64,000 nucleotides of DNA from Alphaproteobacteria bacterium (GTDB lineage Bacteria > Pseudomonadota > Alphaproteobacteria > CACIAM-22H2), in contig WGNX01000004.1 of assembly GCA_016124335.1 (NCBI GenBank), forward strand, positions 144,418-208,417, given 5' to 3'. The notes beneath the pieces are model-generated. The model was not told the DNA's origin. It ran no database searches and saw only the letters and a program-made list of their open reading frames with translations. The translations under genes were made by a program, and so were the position numbers. Within the stretch, counting starts at the first letter, position 1. Each line of letters starts with the position of its first letter. Shown here in pieces: positions 47,219-57,838 of this stretch.

Positions 47219-48825
47219 CCTCCCGGCGCCGCGATTCCGTCGCGATAAAGCTTCCACGTGATCGAATCGTTCAATGCCATGTACGAAGCGTCGATCACGT
47301 TTTCGGAGACGCCGACGGTACCCCATGCGCGGATTTCGCCATGTGCATGCCCGTCGGCACTTTCAATCATCACGCGCGTGACGGCTGCGGTGGCGCGCTC
47401 CGGAGCAAGAATGCGGACTTTGTAGTCAACAAGCTTCAGATCGGCGAGCCCTGGATAAAACGGCAAAAGTGCGGCGCGCAGCGCCCTGTCGAGCGCTTCA
47501 ACCGGGCCTTTGCCTTCACCGACCGTCAATCGCCGCTCGCCGCCGACATCGAGCTTCACAGTCGATTCCGACATCGTCACGAGTTCGCCCCGCGCATTGA
47601 AGCGCCGCTCCGATATCACTCGGAAGGAATTGAGCCTGAAATAGTCCGGAACGCCATGCATCAGCCGACGGGCGAGCAATTCAAACGACCCGTCTGCACC
47701 ATCGTACGTATAGCCTTCGTGCTCTCGCTCCTTGATCTCGTCGAGCAGCCGGCCGATCACCGGGCTCTTGGGGTCGATCTCAAGGCCGATATCCTTGAAC
47801 CGTGCAAGAACATTGGACCGGCCTGACTGGTCGGAAACGACGACATGCCGTCGGTTGCCGACGATCTCGGGCGGAATATGCTCGTACGTCCGCGGATCCT
47901 TCTCGACCGCGGAGACGTGAAGCCCGCCCTTGTGCGCAAACGCACTCTCGCCGACGAATGCAGCGTTGCGCATCGGCGTTCGGTTCAGGCGTTCGTCGAG
48001 GAGTCTCGACACCGAGGTCAGATGCGTCAGGCGCTCGGAAGTGACGCCGGTCTCGAACCCCATCTTGATGACGAGATTCGGGATGACGGAAATCAGATTG
48101 GCATTGCCGCAACGCTCGCCCAGTCCATTCAGCGTGCCCTGAATCTGCCGCGCACCGGCGCGCACCGCCGCCAGCGAGTTCGCGACCGCGTTTTCGGTAT
48201 CATTGTGGCAATGAATGCCGACCTTTTCGCCGGGGATCGCGCGGACGACCTCCCCTACGATGCGCTCGACCTCGTGCGGCAAAGTCCCGCCATTCGTGTC
48301 GCAAAGCACGATCCACCTTGCCCCTGCCCCCAAGGCCGCCTTGAGGCAATCCAATGCAAATCCCGGGTTCGCCTTCCAGCCGTCGAAGAAATGTTCGGCG
48401 TCGAACACGGCTTCCTTTCCGCGGGCTACCGCCTCGGCAAGGCTTTCCGCAATCATGTCGATGTTCTCGGCCTTCGAAACGCCAAGGGCCAAATCCACGT
48501 GGAAATCCCATGTCTTCCCGACGAGGCAGGCCACTTTCGCAGGCGAACTCAGAACTGCGGCAAGACCCGGGTCATTTCCGGCCGAACGGCCACTGCGACG
48601 GGTCATCCCGAATGCGGAAATACGCGCGCTGGAAAGCGTCGGCAGTTGACTGAAAAACGAGTCATCGGTCGGGTTGGCGCCGGGCCATCCGCCTTCGACA
48701 TAGTCGATGCCAAGCCTGTCGAGCGCACGCGCGATGGCGATCTTGTCGGCTACGCCGAAATCGACACCCTGGGTCTGCGCGCCGTCGCGCAGCGTCGAAT
48801 CGTAGAGATAAACCCGTTCAGCCAT
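47215..48825 (-). CDS. cimA: Citramalate synthase (LeuA-family, CimA type)
   Basis: 536 aa. LYDSTLRDGAQTQGVDF, HCHNDTENAVANSLAAV, and a C-terminal LeuA-dimer-like regulatory domain. Confidence 0.85.
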   Translation of the reverse strand: MAERVYLYDSTLRDGAQTQGVDFGVADKIAIARALDRLGIDYVEGGWPGANPTDDSFFSQLPTLSSARISAFGMTRRSGRSAGNDPGLAAVLSSPAKVACLVGKTWDFHVDLALGVSKAENIDMIAESLAEAVARGKEAVFDAEHFFDGWKANPGFALDCLKAALGAGARWIVLCDTNGGTLPHEVERIVGEVVRAIPGEKVGIHCHNDTENAVANSLAAVRAGARQIQGTLNGLGERCGNANLISVIPNLVIKMGFETGVTSERLTHLTSVSRLLDERLNRTPMRNAAFVGESAFAHKGGLHVSAVEKDPRTYEHIPPEIVGNRRHVVVSDQSGRSNVLARFKDIGLEIDPKSPVIGRLLDEIKEREHEGYTYDGADGSFELLARRLMHGVPDYFRLNSFRVISERRFNARGELVTMSESTVKLDVGGERRLTVGEGKGPVEALDRALRAALLPFYPGLADLKLVDYKVRILAPERATAAVTRVMIESADGHAHGEIRAWGTVGVSENVIDASYMALNDSITWKLYRDGIAAPGG

Positions 48826-48826
48826 G

Positions 48827-50194
48827 TCACCCGCTCCGCTTCCATGTCGTGCCGCCGCCGGGCACGTCTTCGAGTACGACCCCCTTCTCCTTTAGTTCGC
48901 TCCTAATTCGGTCGGCCTCCGCAAAATCGCGCCGCTTCTTTGCATCCCGACGCGCAGTGATTGCGGACTCGATCTCGGACTCACGCGGTCCATCGGAAGT
49001 TTCGCCTTTGAACCAAGCCTCCGGCTGCGAACCAAGCAACCCAAGCATTGAGCCGGCATCAAGAAGCGCCGCCTTTGCGTCTGGTGCACGATCCGAATTC
49101 AGTTGCCGAGCCAAATCGTGCATCTCGGCAATCGCCTTCGCGGTGTTGAGATCGTCGCAGAGCGCATTTTCAACCGCAGATGCACGCACGCCCGAAGCAA
49201 CGACGTCGTTTGAATGGCGCAGCGCCTGATAAAAGCGATCAAGTTCGCCCTTTGCCTCGCGAAGCCCATCATCGGTAAAATCAAGAGGCGCACGATAATG
49301 CGTCTTGAGAAGCAATAGCCGGATTGCCTCGCCTGGCCATTTGGCGAGAAGCTGGCGGACAGTAAAGAAATTCCCGAGGCTCTTCGACATCTTCTCGCCG
49401 TTTACGACGAGAAATCCGTTGTGCATCCAGTATTTCGAGAATGTCACGCCATCATGGGCGCAGACCGATTGCGCGATTTCGTTCTCGTGATGCGGGAATA
49501 TCAAGTCGTGCCCGCCGCCATGAATGTCAATGGTGATGCCGAGAACGTCCTTGGCCATCGCCGAGCATTCGATGTGCCAGCCGGGCCGGCCGCGCCCCCA
49601 TGGACTTTCCCAGCCGGGCTGCTCCGGCGCGGACGGCTTCCAAAGCACGAAATCGCCAGGATCCTTCTTGTACGGTGCAACTTCGACGCGGCTGCCGGCG
49701 ATCTGCTCGTCACGGGAACGGCCGGAAAGCCGGCCATAGTCCTTGAAGCTCGCGACATCGAACAGGACATGCCCTTCGGCGACATAGGCATGCTTCTTTT
49801 CCACGAGCGTTGCGATCATCGCGACCATTTGCGGCACCGTACGCGTGCAGCGCGGCTCGACGTCCGGGGGCAACGCGCCGATCGCGGACATATCCGCACG
49901 ATAGGCCGCGATCGTCTCTTCGGTGATCGAATCGATGTGCACGCCTCGTTCGAGAGCGCGCTCGATGATCTTGTCGTCGATATCGGTTATGTTTCGCGCG
50001 TAGGTCACACGCGGATAGAGCCGCTTCAGCAAGCGATAGAGCGTATCGAACACCGCGACCGGCCGCGCGTTGCCGATATGGGCAAAATCATAGACCGTCG
50101 GGCCGCATACGTACATTCGTACATGCGCCGGATCGAGCGGTTCGAAGGCCTCCTTCCGGCGGCTCATCGAATTGTGGATGAATAATTTGCTCAT
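48827..50194 (-). CDS. cysS: Cysteine--tRNA ligase
   Basis: 455 aa from ATG 50194 (ATGA overlap with the gltX stop). CGPTVYDFAHIGNARP (HIGH) and GEKMSKSLGN (KMSKS). Confidence 0.95.
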   Translation of the reverse strand: MSKLFIHNSMSRRKEAFEPLDPAHVRMYVCGPTVYDFAHIGNARPVAVFDTLYRLLKRLYPRVTYARNITDIDDKIIERALERGVHIDSITEETIAAYRADMSAIGALPPDVEPRCTRTVPQMVAMIATLVEKKHAYVAEGHVLFDVASFKDYGRLSGRSRDEQIAGSRVEVAPYKKDPGDFVLWKPSAPEQPGWESPWGRGRPGWHIECSAMAKDVLGITIDIHGGGHDLIFPHHENEIAQSVCAHDGVTFSKYWMHNGFLVVNGEKMSKSLGNFFTVRQLLAKWPGEAIRLLLLKTHYRAPLDFTDDGLREAKGELDRFYQALRHSNDVVASGVRASAVENALCDDLNTAKAIAEMHDLARQLNSDRAPDAKAALLDAGSMLGLLGSQPEAWFKGETSDGPRESEIESAITARRDAKKRRDFAEADRIRSELKEKGVVLEDVPGGGTTWKRSG

Positions 50195-51525
50195 GCCTTG
50201 CGACCTTCGAGGCGCGCGAGGGTACGCGATCGACCGATCATCGGCATCAGCGATTTCATTTCCGGACCATGCTCCCGGGCCGTCAAGGCGAGGCGAAGGG
50301 GCAGGAATAGTTCCTTGCCCTTTCTTCCCGTCGAAGCGCCAAGGGCCTTTGTCCAAGCGCCCCAAGTGTCGGCACTCCAGGGCTCAGGCGGCAGCAGCCG
50401 TGCCGCCTCGGTCAGGAAATCCGGTTCCGCGTTGATGGGCATGACGGCCGAGCGTGCAATTGACCACCATTCGACCGCATCCCCGACTTTCGACAGGTTC
50501 GGGCGGACGCTTTCCCAGAAAGCGGCATCCGCGCCCGCAGGCAACCGATCCGCGACCGCTGAGAACGGCAGTCGATGCACGAGTTTCGCGTTAATCCGGA
50601 CGATCTCGTCCGGATCGAGCTTCGGCGATGCCCGGCCGAATTTCGAGAACGAGAATCCGTCGACAAGGTCGGCCGGCTTCTCCATCACCTCGATCGGGTC
50701 CGAAGTTCCCAACCTTGCGATCAACGAGGTGATTGAAGATGGCTCGATACCGTCATTCCGCAAGTTTTCGATCGAGAGAGATCCAAGACGCTTCGAAAGG
50801 CTGTGCCCGCCGATATCCGAGATCAACGGGAAATGCGCGAACTTCAATTCGCCCGCTGCTTGGCCCAGCGCTTCGAATATCTGAATCTGCACTGCGGTAT
50901 TCGTGACGTGGTCTTCGCCGCGAACGACGTGCGAAACCGCAAACTCGACATCGTCGACGACAGAAGCGAGCGTATAGGTCGGCATGCCATCGGCCCGCAC
51001 AAGGACCGGATCGGACAGCTTTGTGCCGTGATACGCACACCGACCGCGGATCAGGTCTTCCCAGCCCGTTTCGGCATGCTCGAGCCGGAAGCGCCAGTGC
51101 GGCCGACGCCCTTCGGCCGCATAGTCGGCCACCTGCCGCTCGGTAAGCCGGAGAGCGGCACGATCATAGACCTGAGCACCTCCATCCGCGATCTGGCCGA
51201 ATCGCCGGAGTTTCAACTCTTCGGGTGTTTCAAAACAGGCGTAAAGACGGCCGTCCGCCTTCAGCTTTTCGGCGGCGGCTTCATATCGATCCAGCCGATC
51301 TGACTGTCGTGCGAACTCGTCCCACGAGATGCCGAGCCAGCGAAGGTCGTCTTCAATGGCCGTTGCAAACTCGGGCCTGGAGCGCTCCTTGTCCGTGTCG
51401 TCCAGCCTCAACAGGAAGCGCCCATTGGACTTGCGCGCAAAGAGCCAGTTGAGCAGGGCCGCACGAACATTGCCCAGATGCAGGCGCCCGGTGGGCGACG
51501 GCGCAAAACGAACACGGACCGTCAT
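50191..51525 (-). CDS. gltX: Glutamate--tRNA ligase (short alphaproteobacterial form)
   Basis: 444 aa. VRVRFAPSPTGRLHLGNVR, RLDDTD, and a LSKR motif. Confidence 0.9.
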   Translation of the reverse strand: MTVRVRFAPSPTGRLHLGNVRAALLNWLFARKSNGRFLLRLDDTDKERSRPEFATAIEDDLRWLGISWDEFARQSDRLDRYEAAAEKLKADGRLYACFETPEELKLRRFGQIADGGAQVYDRAALRLTERQVADYAAEGRRPHWRFRLEHAETGWEDLIRGRCAYHGTKLSDPVLVRADGMPTYTLASVVDDVEFAVSHVVRGEDHVTNTAVQIQIFEALGQAAGELKFAHFPLISDIGGHSLSKRLGSLSIENLRNDGIEPSSITSLIARLGTSDPIEVMEKPADLVDGFSFSKFGRASPKLDPDEIVRINAKLVHRLPFSAVADRLPAGADAAFWESVRPNLSKVGDAVEWWSIARSAVMPINAEPDFLTEAARLLPPEPWSADTWGAWTKALGASTGRKGKELFLPLRLALTAREHGPEMKSLMPMIGRSRTLARLEGRKA

Positions 51526-51526
51526 T

Positions 51527-53182
51527 TCAACCCCGAAATCCGTTCGTAATCGGATATCGGCGCTCGCGACCGAACGCGCGGCTTGTAATCTTCACGCCCG
51601 GGGGTGCTTGCCGTCGCTTGTACTCGGACAGGTCGAGCATCCGCCAAATCCGCTTGACGTCGGCTTCGGCGAAACCTTTTGCGACGATCTCATCGACAGT
51701 CCGCTCGCTCTCGACGAGTTCCTTCAGGATGGCGTCCAGTTGCGAGTACGGGCCAAGAGAGGCCTCATCGGTCTGTCCTTCGCGCAGTTCGGCCGTTGGC
51801 GGTTTGGAAATGACGCGTTCCGGCATCACGGCACCGACCGGCCCCAATCCCCCAGCGGGCCTTTCGGCGTTCCGCCACCGGCAGAGATCGAATACCGTCG
51901 TTTTCCAGACGTCCTTGAGAACGGCAAAACCACCGCACATGTCGCCATAGAGCGTCGCATAGCCCGCGCTCATTTCGCTCTTGTTGCCGGTTGAAACAAC
52001 CATGAATCCAAGCTTGTTTGACAGCGCCATCAGCGTCAATCCGCGACAACGCGATTGGATATTCTCTTCCGTGATGTCGGGCTTCAGGCCGGAAAATTGC
52101 GCTGCCAACATTTCCGAAAACGCCGCGACCGCCGGCTCGATCGAAATCTCGTCAAGCCGGATGCCGAGAAGCTTCGCGCATGCTGCCGCATCGTCAAGGC
52201 TTTCACGACTGGTAAAGCGCGACGGCATCATGACTGCCCGGACCCGATCGGCCCCCAGTCCATCGACCGCAAGCGCGGCGGTCAGCGCCGAATCGATGCC
52301 ACCGGACAAGCCAAGTATCACTCCTTTGAACCGGTTTTTTTCGACGTAGTCACGTAGTCCGAGGCATAGAGCCGAATAGATTGCCGCAAGTGGTCCGATC
52401 GGCGGTACGGTTTGGCCATTTTCGACAACGAGCCCGGAATTCGAGCGCCGGATATTTACGACTGCAATCGCTTCAGCAAAGGCAGCCATCTGCGCCGTGA
52501 CGATTCCATCGGCATTCATCGCAAACGATGCACCGTCAAATACAAGCTCGTCCTGGCCACCAACCTGATTCACATAAACAAGCGGCAGGCCCGTTTCCGA
52601 CATCCGCTCAATCGCCAGACGCTGCCGTTGATCTGTCTTGTCGGTCTCGAACGGGCTTCCGTTCGGGACGACAAGAATTTCAGCGCCACTTTCGACGAGA
52701 CATTCGGCGACATCCGGAAACCACATGTCTTCGCAGATCATCAGGCCGAAGCGCATGCCCCGGAGTGCAACAGGCCCCGGCAGCGGGCCGGGAACGAATA
52801 CGCGCTTCTCGTCGAACACGCCATAATTCGGCAAATGATGCTTGTAGCGGACCGTCTGGACCCTCCCGGCATCAAGGACGCAGGCCGCATTGTAAAGCTT
52901 CCCCTCGTCGACCCACGGCGTACCGACGATCATTGCCGGCCCGCCATCGGCAGTGTCGGCGGCAAGACTTTCAATTGCCGATCTGCATGCAATCTGAAAC
53001 GCGGGCTTCAGGACCAGATCTTCCGGTGGATATCCTGAGATGACGAGCTCGGGATAAAGGACGATTTCGGCACCCGTCGCGGCCGATTGCGCGCGCGCCG
53101 CTCGAATCCGCTCCAAATTGCCAGAAACATCGCCGACGATCGGGTTGACCTGAGCCAGCGAAAGGCCAAGCGCTTGCGTCAT
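51527..53182 (-). CDS. nadE: Glutamine-dependent NAD+ synthetase
   Basis: 551 aa. N-terminal CN-hydrolase domain (ICEDMW) plus PP-loop GLSGGIDSA synthetase domain. Confidence 0.95.
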   Translation of the reverse strand: MTQALGLSLAQVNPIVGDVSGNLERIRAARAQSAATGAEIVLYPELVISGYPPEDLVLKPAFQIACRSAIESLAADTADGGPAMIVGTPWVDEGKLYNAACVLDAGRVQTVRYKHHLPNYGVFDEKRVFVPGPLPGPVALRGMRFGLMICEDMWFPDVAECLVESGAEILVVPNGSPFETDKTDQRQRLAIERMSETGLPLVYVNQVGGQDELVFDGASFAMNADGIVTAQMAAFAEAIAVVNIRRSNSGLVVENGQTVPPIGPLAAIYSALCLGLRDYVEKNRFKGVILGLSGGIDSALTAALAVDGLGADRVRAVMMPSRFTSRESLDDAAACAKLLGIRLDEISIEPAVAAFSEMLAAQFSGLKPDITEENIQSRCRGLTLMALSNKLGFMVVSTGNKSEMSAGYATLYGDMCGGFAVLKDVWKTTVFDLCRWRNAERPAGGLGPVGAVMPERVISKPPTAELREGQTDEASLGPYSQLDAILKELVESERTVDEIVAKGFAEADVKRIWRMLDLSEYKRRQAPPGVKITSRAFGRERRYPITNGFRG

Positions 53183-54261
53183 TTCGCTTCCTGACGTGCG
53201 CCAAGTATTGCCTCCGCCTGGGCGGAGGCTGCCTCAACGATTTCCGCAGCCGGCTTCACACTGGCCATCGGTGCGCCTTGCCCTGCCCACATCACCATGA
53301 GTCCGGTATTCCCCTGCTTTGCGGCTTCCGCCCGCAAGGTCGTGGTCAGTGCATTCGTGACGGGATACGCAGGCATTTCGTCGGCATGCGGCGCCATCTC
53401 ATCCATATAGCGCGAGCGGATACCGCGCGCATGGCGCCCCGAGACGGCGCGGGTCACCGTTGTTGCCGTATCGTCGATTTTTCCAAGAGCGTCCTTGTGC
53501 AGCGGGTGCGTTCCCGCCTCCTCGGCCCGCAGAAACGCCGTGCCCATGGACGCGGCCGATGCACCCAAGGCAAGTGCCGCTGCAAGCCCGCGCCCATCCA
53601 TGATGCCGCCGGCCGCGATTACGGGTATGTTGATCGCATCCACCACTTGCGGAACCAGCGCCATCGTTCCGATCAAGGAATCTTCCGCGCGCCCGACGAA
53701 AGTCCCTCGATGGCCACCCGCCTCGGCGCCTTGCGCAACGACCGCATCGACGCCTTGGGCCTCGAGAAGTTTGGCTTCGGCAATGTTCGTTGCGGTCCCG
53801 ACGACCAAAACGCCGCGCGCCTTCAATGCAGCCGTCTTGCGTGCCCCGATCGCCCCGAACGTGCTGCTGAACACCGGCGGGGCCAAATCCAGAACCGCCT
53901 CAAACTGCGCCTCAAAATCCTCGGCCCATTTCGCCGGTGGAGCGGCATTCGTCTCCATGCCAAGTTCGATCCGATAGCGTGCGAGCAGCGCATTCGCAAA
54001 TGCCACTTCCGACGGATTCGGCTCAACCGGTGCGAGGACAAACAGATTCACCGCAAACGGCTTGTCGGTCTTTGCGCGGATTGCCGCAATATGCGTGCGA
54101 ATGGCGGCGGGAGACGTCGTCGCGGCTGCGAAGGACCCGAGACCGCCGGCGTTCGACACGGCCGCGACGAGTTCCGGCGTCGTCATTCCACCAGCCATCG
54201 GCGCTTGAATGACCGGATGCACCAAGCCGAGCATCTTCGCCAGTCGGGTCTGCAGCGCCAT
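53179..54261 (-). CDS. Nitronate monooxygenase (NMO/2-nitropropane dioxygenase family, FMN)
   Basis: 360 aa from ATG 54261. HPVIQAPMAGGMTTPELVAAVSNAGGLG, QGAEAGGHRG. The stop overlaps the nadE start (ATGA). Confidence 0.85.
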   Translation of the reverse strand: MALQTRLAKMLGLVHPVIQAPMAGGMTTPELVAAVSNAGGLGSFAAATTSPAAIRTHIAAIRAKTDKPFAVNLFVLAPVEPNPSEVAFANALLARYRIELGMETNAAPPAKWAEDFEAQFEAVLDLAPPVFSSTFGAIGARKTAALKARGVLVVGTATNIAEAKLLEAQGVDAVVAQGAEAGGHRGTFVGRAEDSLIGTMALVPQVVDAINIPVIAAGGIMDGRGLAAALALGASAASMGTAFLRAEEAGTHPLHKDALGKIDDTATTVTRAVSGRHARGIRSRYMDEMAPHADEMPAYPVTNALTTTLRAEAAKQGNTGLMVMWAGQGAPMASVKPAAEIVEAASAQAEAILGARQEAK

Positions 54262-54266
54262 TGCGG

Positions 54267-55436
54267 TCACCCCGGTTTGCGAAGGAGGAACTCGCGACCG
54301 ACTTTGACCGATGCGATGCCGTCGTAATCGACGATGTCGGCGGTCGCATATGTTTCCGTCCACACCTCCGGCAAGTACGACCCCGTTCCAACCGTGTCGA
54401 TGGGCGCATTTGCAACGGCCATCGTCTTGCATTTCGCCGGCGTGAAGCCCGACGAAGCAACGATGCGGACGTTCGCGAACCCGGCTTGATCGAGCTGCTC
54501 GCGCATGTGCCAAATTGCGGCCGCAGACACGCCGGTGCCGGTAAGGTAACGAAGCTCCTGCTCCGTCCGATATCCGCGAAGCGATAGCGGGGCGTTTCGC
54601 TCCAGAACGTCGTACGAACGCCCGAGATCAAGGCCTTCGACATACCGGCCGCCATGAGTGTCCAGTCGAACCGCCATGCGGCCGCTTGACGCAACATCCG
54701 GGAAGCGCCTGCAAACTTCAAGCGAGTCCGTCACCTCGCGCCCATAGTAGTCGACGAGCACCGTCAGATTCTCGCTCGCGAACGTTTCCATAAGCATCTC
54801 GGCAGCTCGGAGCGTCGATCCCGCGTATCCGATCAACGCATGCGGCATCGTTCCAAAACCGGACTTCTGCCCAAAATAGTGGGCCGTTGCGTCGGTCGCG
54901 TTCCCGATAAACCCCGTCGCGCCGACTTCGCGATGCGCGGCATTCGAGCCGACCGATGCCGCATAAGCCATCATCTCGGCCATTTCGCTTCCCGCGCAAT
55001 GGCGTGCATCCATAGCGAGAAAGGCCGTTCGAGGCAGATCGACGCACATCGTATAGGCATTGTAGGCCGCAACGCATGCCGGCCCGAGCTTCTGGAGATA
55101 AAGCGTTTCGAGATCGACCAGGTGGAAGAGCGATCCCGAAATATACATCAACGGATCGCCGGCCCCGGTCCACTCACCCTCGACGTGCCGCAAATCGATA
55201 TCGAATTTTGTGCCGCGCGCGCTCGCCATCCGTTCAAGCCACTCGACGGCAAGCCGGGGTGCGGAAACGACAGGTCGCCGCATGAAGACGGCATAGGTGA
55301 CGCGTTTGTCGCCAAAACGTCCGACAGCCGTCTTTGTCTTGTTGAAATAATGATCCGTCAGCCGCGCAACGTCACTTGCGTCAGGGAGCCGTCCGAGCAG
55401 GCTCGATGCGGGTTCGGATGCGCGACCGTCGGCCAT
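54267..55436 (-). CDS. Nicotinate phosphoribosyltransferase family protein (type II PRTase, archaeal-like short form)
   Basis: 389 aa from ATG 55436. ...GTMPHALIGY...VRLDTHGGR...IVASSGF.... It lies near nadE. Confidence 0.75.
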   Translation of the reverse strand: MADGRASEPASSLLGRLPDASDVARLTDHYFNKTKTAVGRFGDKRVTYAVFMRRPVVSAPRLAVEWLERMASARGTKFDIDLRHVEGEWTGAGDPLMYISGSLFHLVDLETLYLQKLGPACVAAYNAYTMCVDLPRTAFLAMDARHCAGSEMAEMMAYAASVGSNAAHREVGATGFIGNATDATAHYFGQKSGFGTMPHALIGYAGSTLRAAEMLMETFASENLTVLVDYYGREVTDSLEVCRRFPDVASSGRMAVRLDTHGGRYVEGLDLGRSYDVLERNAPLSLRGYRTEQELRYLTGTGVSAAAIWHMREQLDQAGFANVRIVASSGFTPAKCKTMAVANAPIDTVGTGSYLPEVWTETYATADIVDYDGIASVKVGREFLLRKPG

Positions 55437-55476
55437 TTTCGGCCCCTTCCTTCCGGCGACCGTGTACTTGATGAAT

Positions 55477-56865
55477 TCAGTCGTCGTCGCCGACCGCGCG
55501 CAGACGCATTTCATCGCTGCGCTGCGCGCGCAGCTTCTCGGCAATCAGGAACGCGAGTTCGAGGGCTTGCGTCCCGTTCAAGCGCGGATCGCAATGCGTG
55601 TGGTAGCGATCGCCCAACGCCGCATCCTGAATGGCCTCAGCGCCACCGGTGCACTCTGTCACATTCTGCCCGGTCATTTCGAAATGCACGCCACCCGCGT
55701 AGACGCCTTCGGCACGGCAGACATCGAAGAAGCCGCGCATTTCGGCCAAGATCCGGTCGAACGGGCGTGTCTTGTAGCCGGATGCCGACTTGATCGTATT
55801 CCCGTGCATTGGATCGCAGCTCCAGACGACCTTGCGACCTTCACGTGCGACCTTGCGGGCGAGCGGCGGCAGCTTTGCCGCGACCTTGTCGTCGCCCATT
55901 CGAGCGATCAGCGTGAGACGGCCGGGTTCATTTTCCGGGTTGAGCGCATCGATTAGCCTGATCAATTCTTCCGGATCGCTGGTCGGACCGCATTTCAGAC
56001 CGATCGGATTCTTGATCCCACGGCAGAATTCCACATGCGCGCCGTCGAGCTGCCGCGTGCGATCGCCGATCCAGACCATGTGCGCTGAGCAATCGTACCA
56101 ATCGCCTGTGGTGCTATCGACGCGGGTCAACGCCTCCTCATAGGGAAGCAGCAGAGCCTCGTGGCTCGTGAAGAACGACGCTTCGTGGATCTGCGGAACG
56201 GCATCCGGCGTAATGCCGCATGCCGACATGAACTGCAACGAGTCGGAAATCCGGTCCGCCAATTCGCGAAACTTCTCGCCGGCCGGGCTACGGTCGACGA
56301 ATCCCAGGGTCCAGCCGTGTACGCGATGGAGATCGGCATAGCCGCCGCGCGAAAATGCGCGCAGCAGGTTAAGAGTCGCCGCCGACTGCGAATAGACCTG
56401 AACCATCCGTTCCGGATCGGGAACACGTGCCGCCGGCTCGAAATCGATGCCGTTGATGATGTCGCCACGATAGGACGGCAAGGTGACGCCATTGATCGTT
56501 TCGTCATCTGCCGAGCGTGGCTTGGCAAACTGGCCCGCCATGCGGCCGACTTTCACGACCGGAAGACCGCCCGCGTACATCAATACAACGGTCATCTGCA
56601 GAATGACCTTGAAGGTGTCGCGAATATTGTTCGCCGAGAACTCGGCAAAGCTCTCCGCGCAATCACCGCCTTGAAGCAGTACGGCCTTCCCTTCGGCAAC
56701 GCGCGCAAGCTGGGCCTTGAGTTCGCGCGCCTCGCCTGCAAAAACCAGCGGCGGAAATGCGCCGAGCTTTTTCTCGACCGAGCCGAGAACTCGGGCATCG
56801 GGATACGCAGGCATCTGGCGCGCTGGGCGTGCGCGCCAGCTGTCGGGCGTCCATTTGGCAGGCAT
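55477..56865 (-). CDS. Class II 3-deoxy-7-phosphoheptulonate (DAHP) synthase
   Basis: 462 aa from ATG 56865. WTPDSWR...QMPAYPD start, ...[11 protein letters not shown]..., ...[11 protein letters not shown]... are typical of plant-like class II DAHPS. Confidence 0.9.
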   Translation of the reverse strand: MPAKWTPDSWRARPARQMPAYPDARVLGSVEKKLGAFPPLVFAGEARELKAQLARVAEGKAVLLQGGDCAESFAEFSANNIRDTFKVILQMTVVLMYAGGLPVVKVGRMAGQFAKPRSADDETINGVTLPSYRGDIINGIDFEPAARVPDPERMVQVYSQSAATLNLLRAFSRGGYADLHRVHGWTLGFVDRSPAGEKFRELADRISDSLQFMSACGITPDAVPQIHEASFFTSHEALLLPYEEALTRVDSTTGDWYDCSAHMVWIGDRTRQLDGAHVEFCRGIKNPIGLKCGPTSDPEELIRLIDALNPENEPGRLTLIARMGDDKVAAKLPPLARKVAREGRKVVWSCDPMHGNTIKSASGYKTRPFDRILAEMRGFFDVCRAEGVYAGGVHFEMTGQNVTECTGGAEAIQDAALGDRYHTHCDPRLNGTQALELAFLIAEKLRAQRSDEMRLRAVGDDD

Positions 56866-56991
56866 GTTCGTCCCCAAAATTGGTTGGGGATAAAGTATAG
56901 GGCGATGTTCGCAACTGCAACCGATCCATTTCCTCATTCAAGTTCAATGCCTTGATTGGTGAAATTGACCGACAACCAACGGAACCGATTG

Positions 56992-57798
56992 ATGTTTCAA
57001 GACGCTCTTTTCTTCCTTTCGAAATTGATCGGTCCGCTTTCGGATCCGCGAACGACGCTATTCGCGACCCTCGCCGCCGGAATTTTAATGCTGTGGACGC
57101 CATGGCGCCGGATTGGGCGTGCGTTAGCCAGCCTGACAATCGTGTCGGCGATTGCTCTCAGCGCGGCGCCAATTGGGCCCCTGGCCGTTGGCTGGATCGA
57201 AAATCGCATTCCGCCGCCAGAGCAGCTTCCCCAGCAAGTCGACGGGATCGTCGTATTGGGCGGAGACGTAAACAGCCGCATGTTGCGGCTGCGTCCGGTC
57301 TCCCCAGGTCATGATTCGACCCGACTGATTGCATTTGCGGATCTGTCCCGGCATTACCCGAACGCAAAGCTCGTTTTTTCCGGCGGCTCAGGCCAAGTGC
57401 TGGACCGAACGGACACGGATTCCGACGGCGCTCGTCGGCTCCTGCCGATCCTCGGCGTTGACACAACGCGCGTGATATTCGAGGACAAGTCCAGAAACAC
57501 TTTTGAAAATGCGAGATTTTCCCTCGATATCGCGCAACCCAAGCCCGAAGAGACCTGGTTGCTCGTTACGTCCGCCTTCCATATGCCTCGATCGCTCTCG
57601 ACCTTCCGGCAAGCCGGCTGGAAGATCGTGCCATATCCCGTCGGGTATATGACCGCGCCGGACGCCGCATTCGAATGGCAGTTTCCAACGTCATTCGATG
57701 GGCGGCTCTTCTACCTTGCGGTAGCCGCTCGAGAACTTGTCGGCTACGCATACTATTTCGTAACCGGCCGATCCGCGTCGCTTCTGCCAGGCCCATGA
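56992..57798 (+). CDS. YdcF/DUF218-family (ElyC/SanA-like) membrane-anchored protein
   Basis: 268 aa from ATG 56992 (the track starts at TTG 56956). N-terminal TM helices, then DGIVVLGGD...FSGGSG...TSAFHMPRS. Confidence 0.75.
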   Translation: MFQDALFFLSKLIGPLSDPRTTLFATLAAGILMLWTPWRRIGRALASLTIVSAIALSAAPIGPLAVGWIENRIPPPEQLPQQVDGIVVLGGDVNSRMLRLRPVSPGHDSTRLIAFADLSRHYPNAKLVFSGGSGQVLDRTDTDSDGARRLLPILGVDTTRVIFEDKSRNTFENARFSLDIAQPKPEETWLLVTSAFHMPRSLSTFRQAGWKIVPYPVGYMTAPDAAFEWQFPTSFDGRLFYLAVAARELVGYAYYFVTGRSASLLPGP

Positions 57799-57838
57799 TG
57801 CTTCGACGGACGGTGCCCTCCCCGCCGAAAGGTCGACG

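Noticed and set aside
47845-48906. 353-aa plus-strand ORF opposite cimA
   Set aside because: Shadow ORF. cimA on the minus strand has clear LeuA-family motifs.
53179-55544. N-terminal extensions of the NMO (to 54513) and NaPRTase (to 55544) ORFs
   Set aside because: The extensions are Arg/Cys/His-rich and overlap the upstream genes. Conserved N-termini begin at ATG 54261 and ATG 55436.
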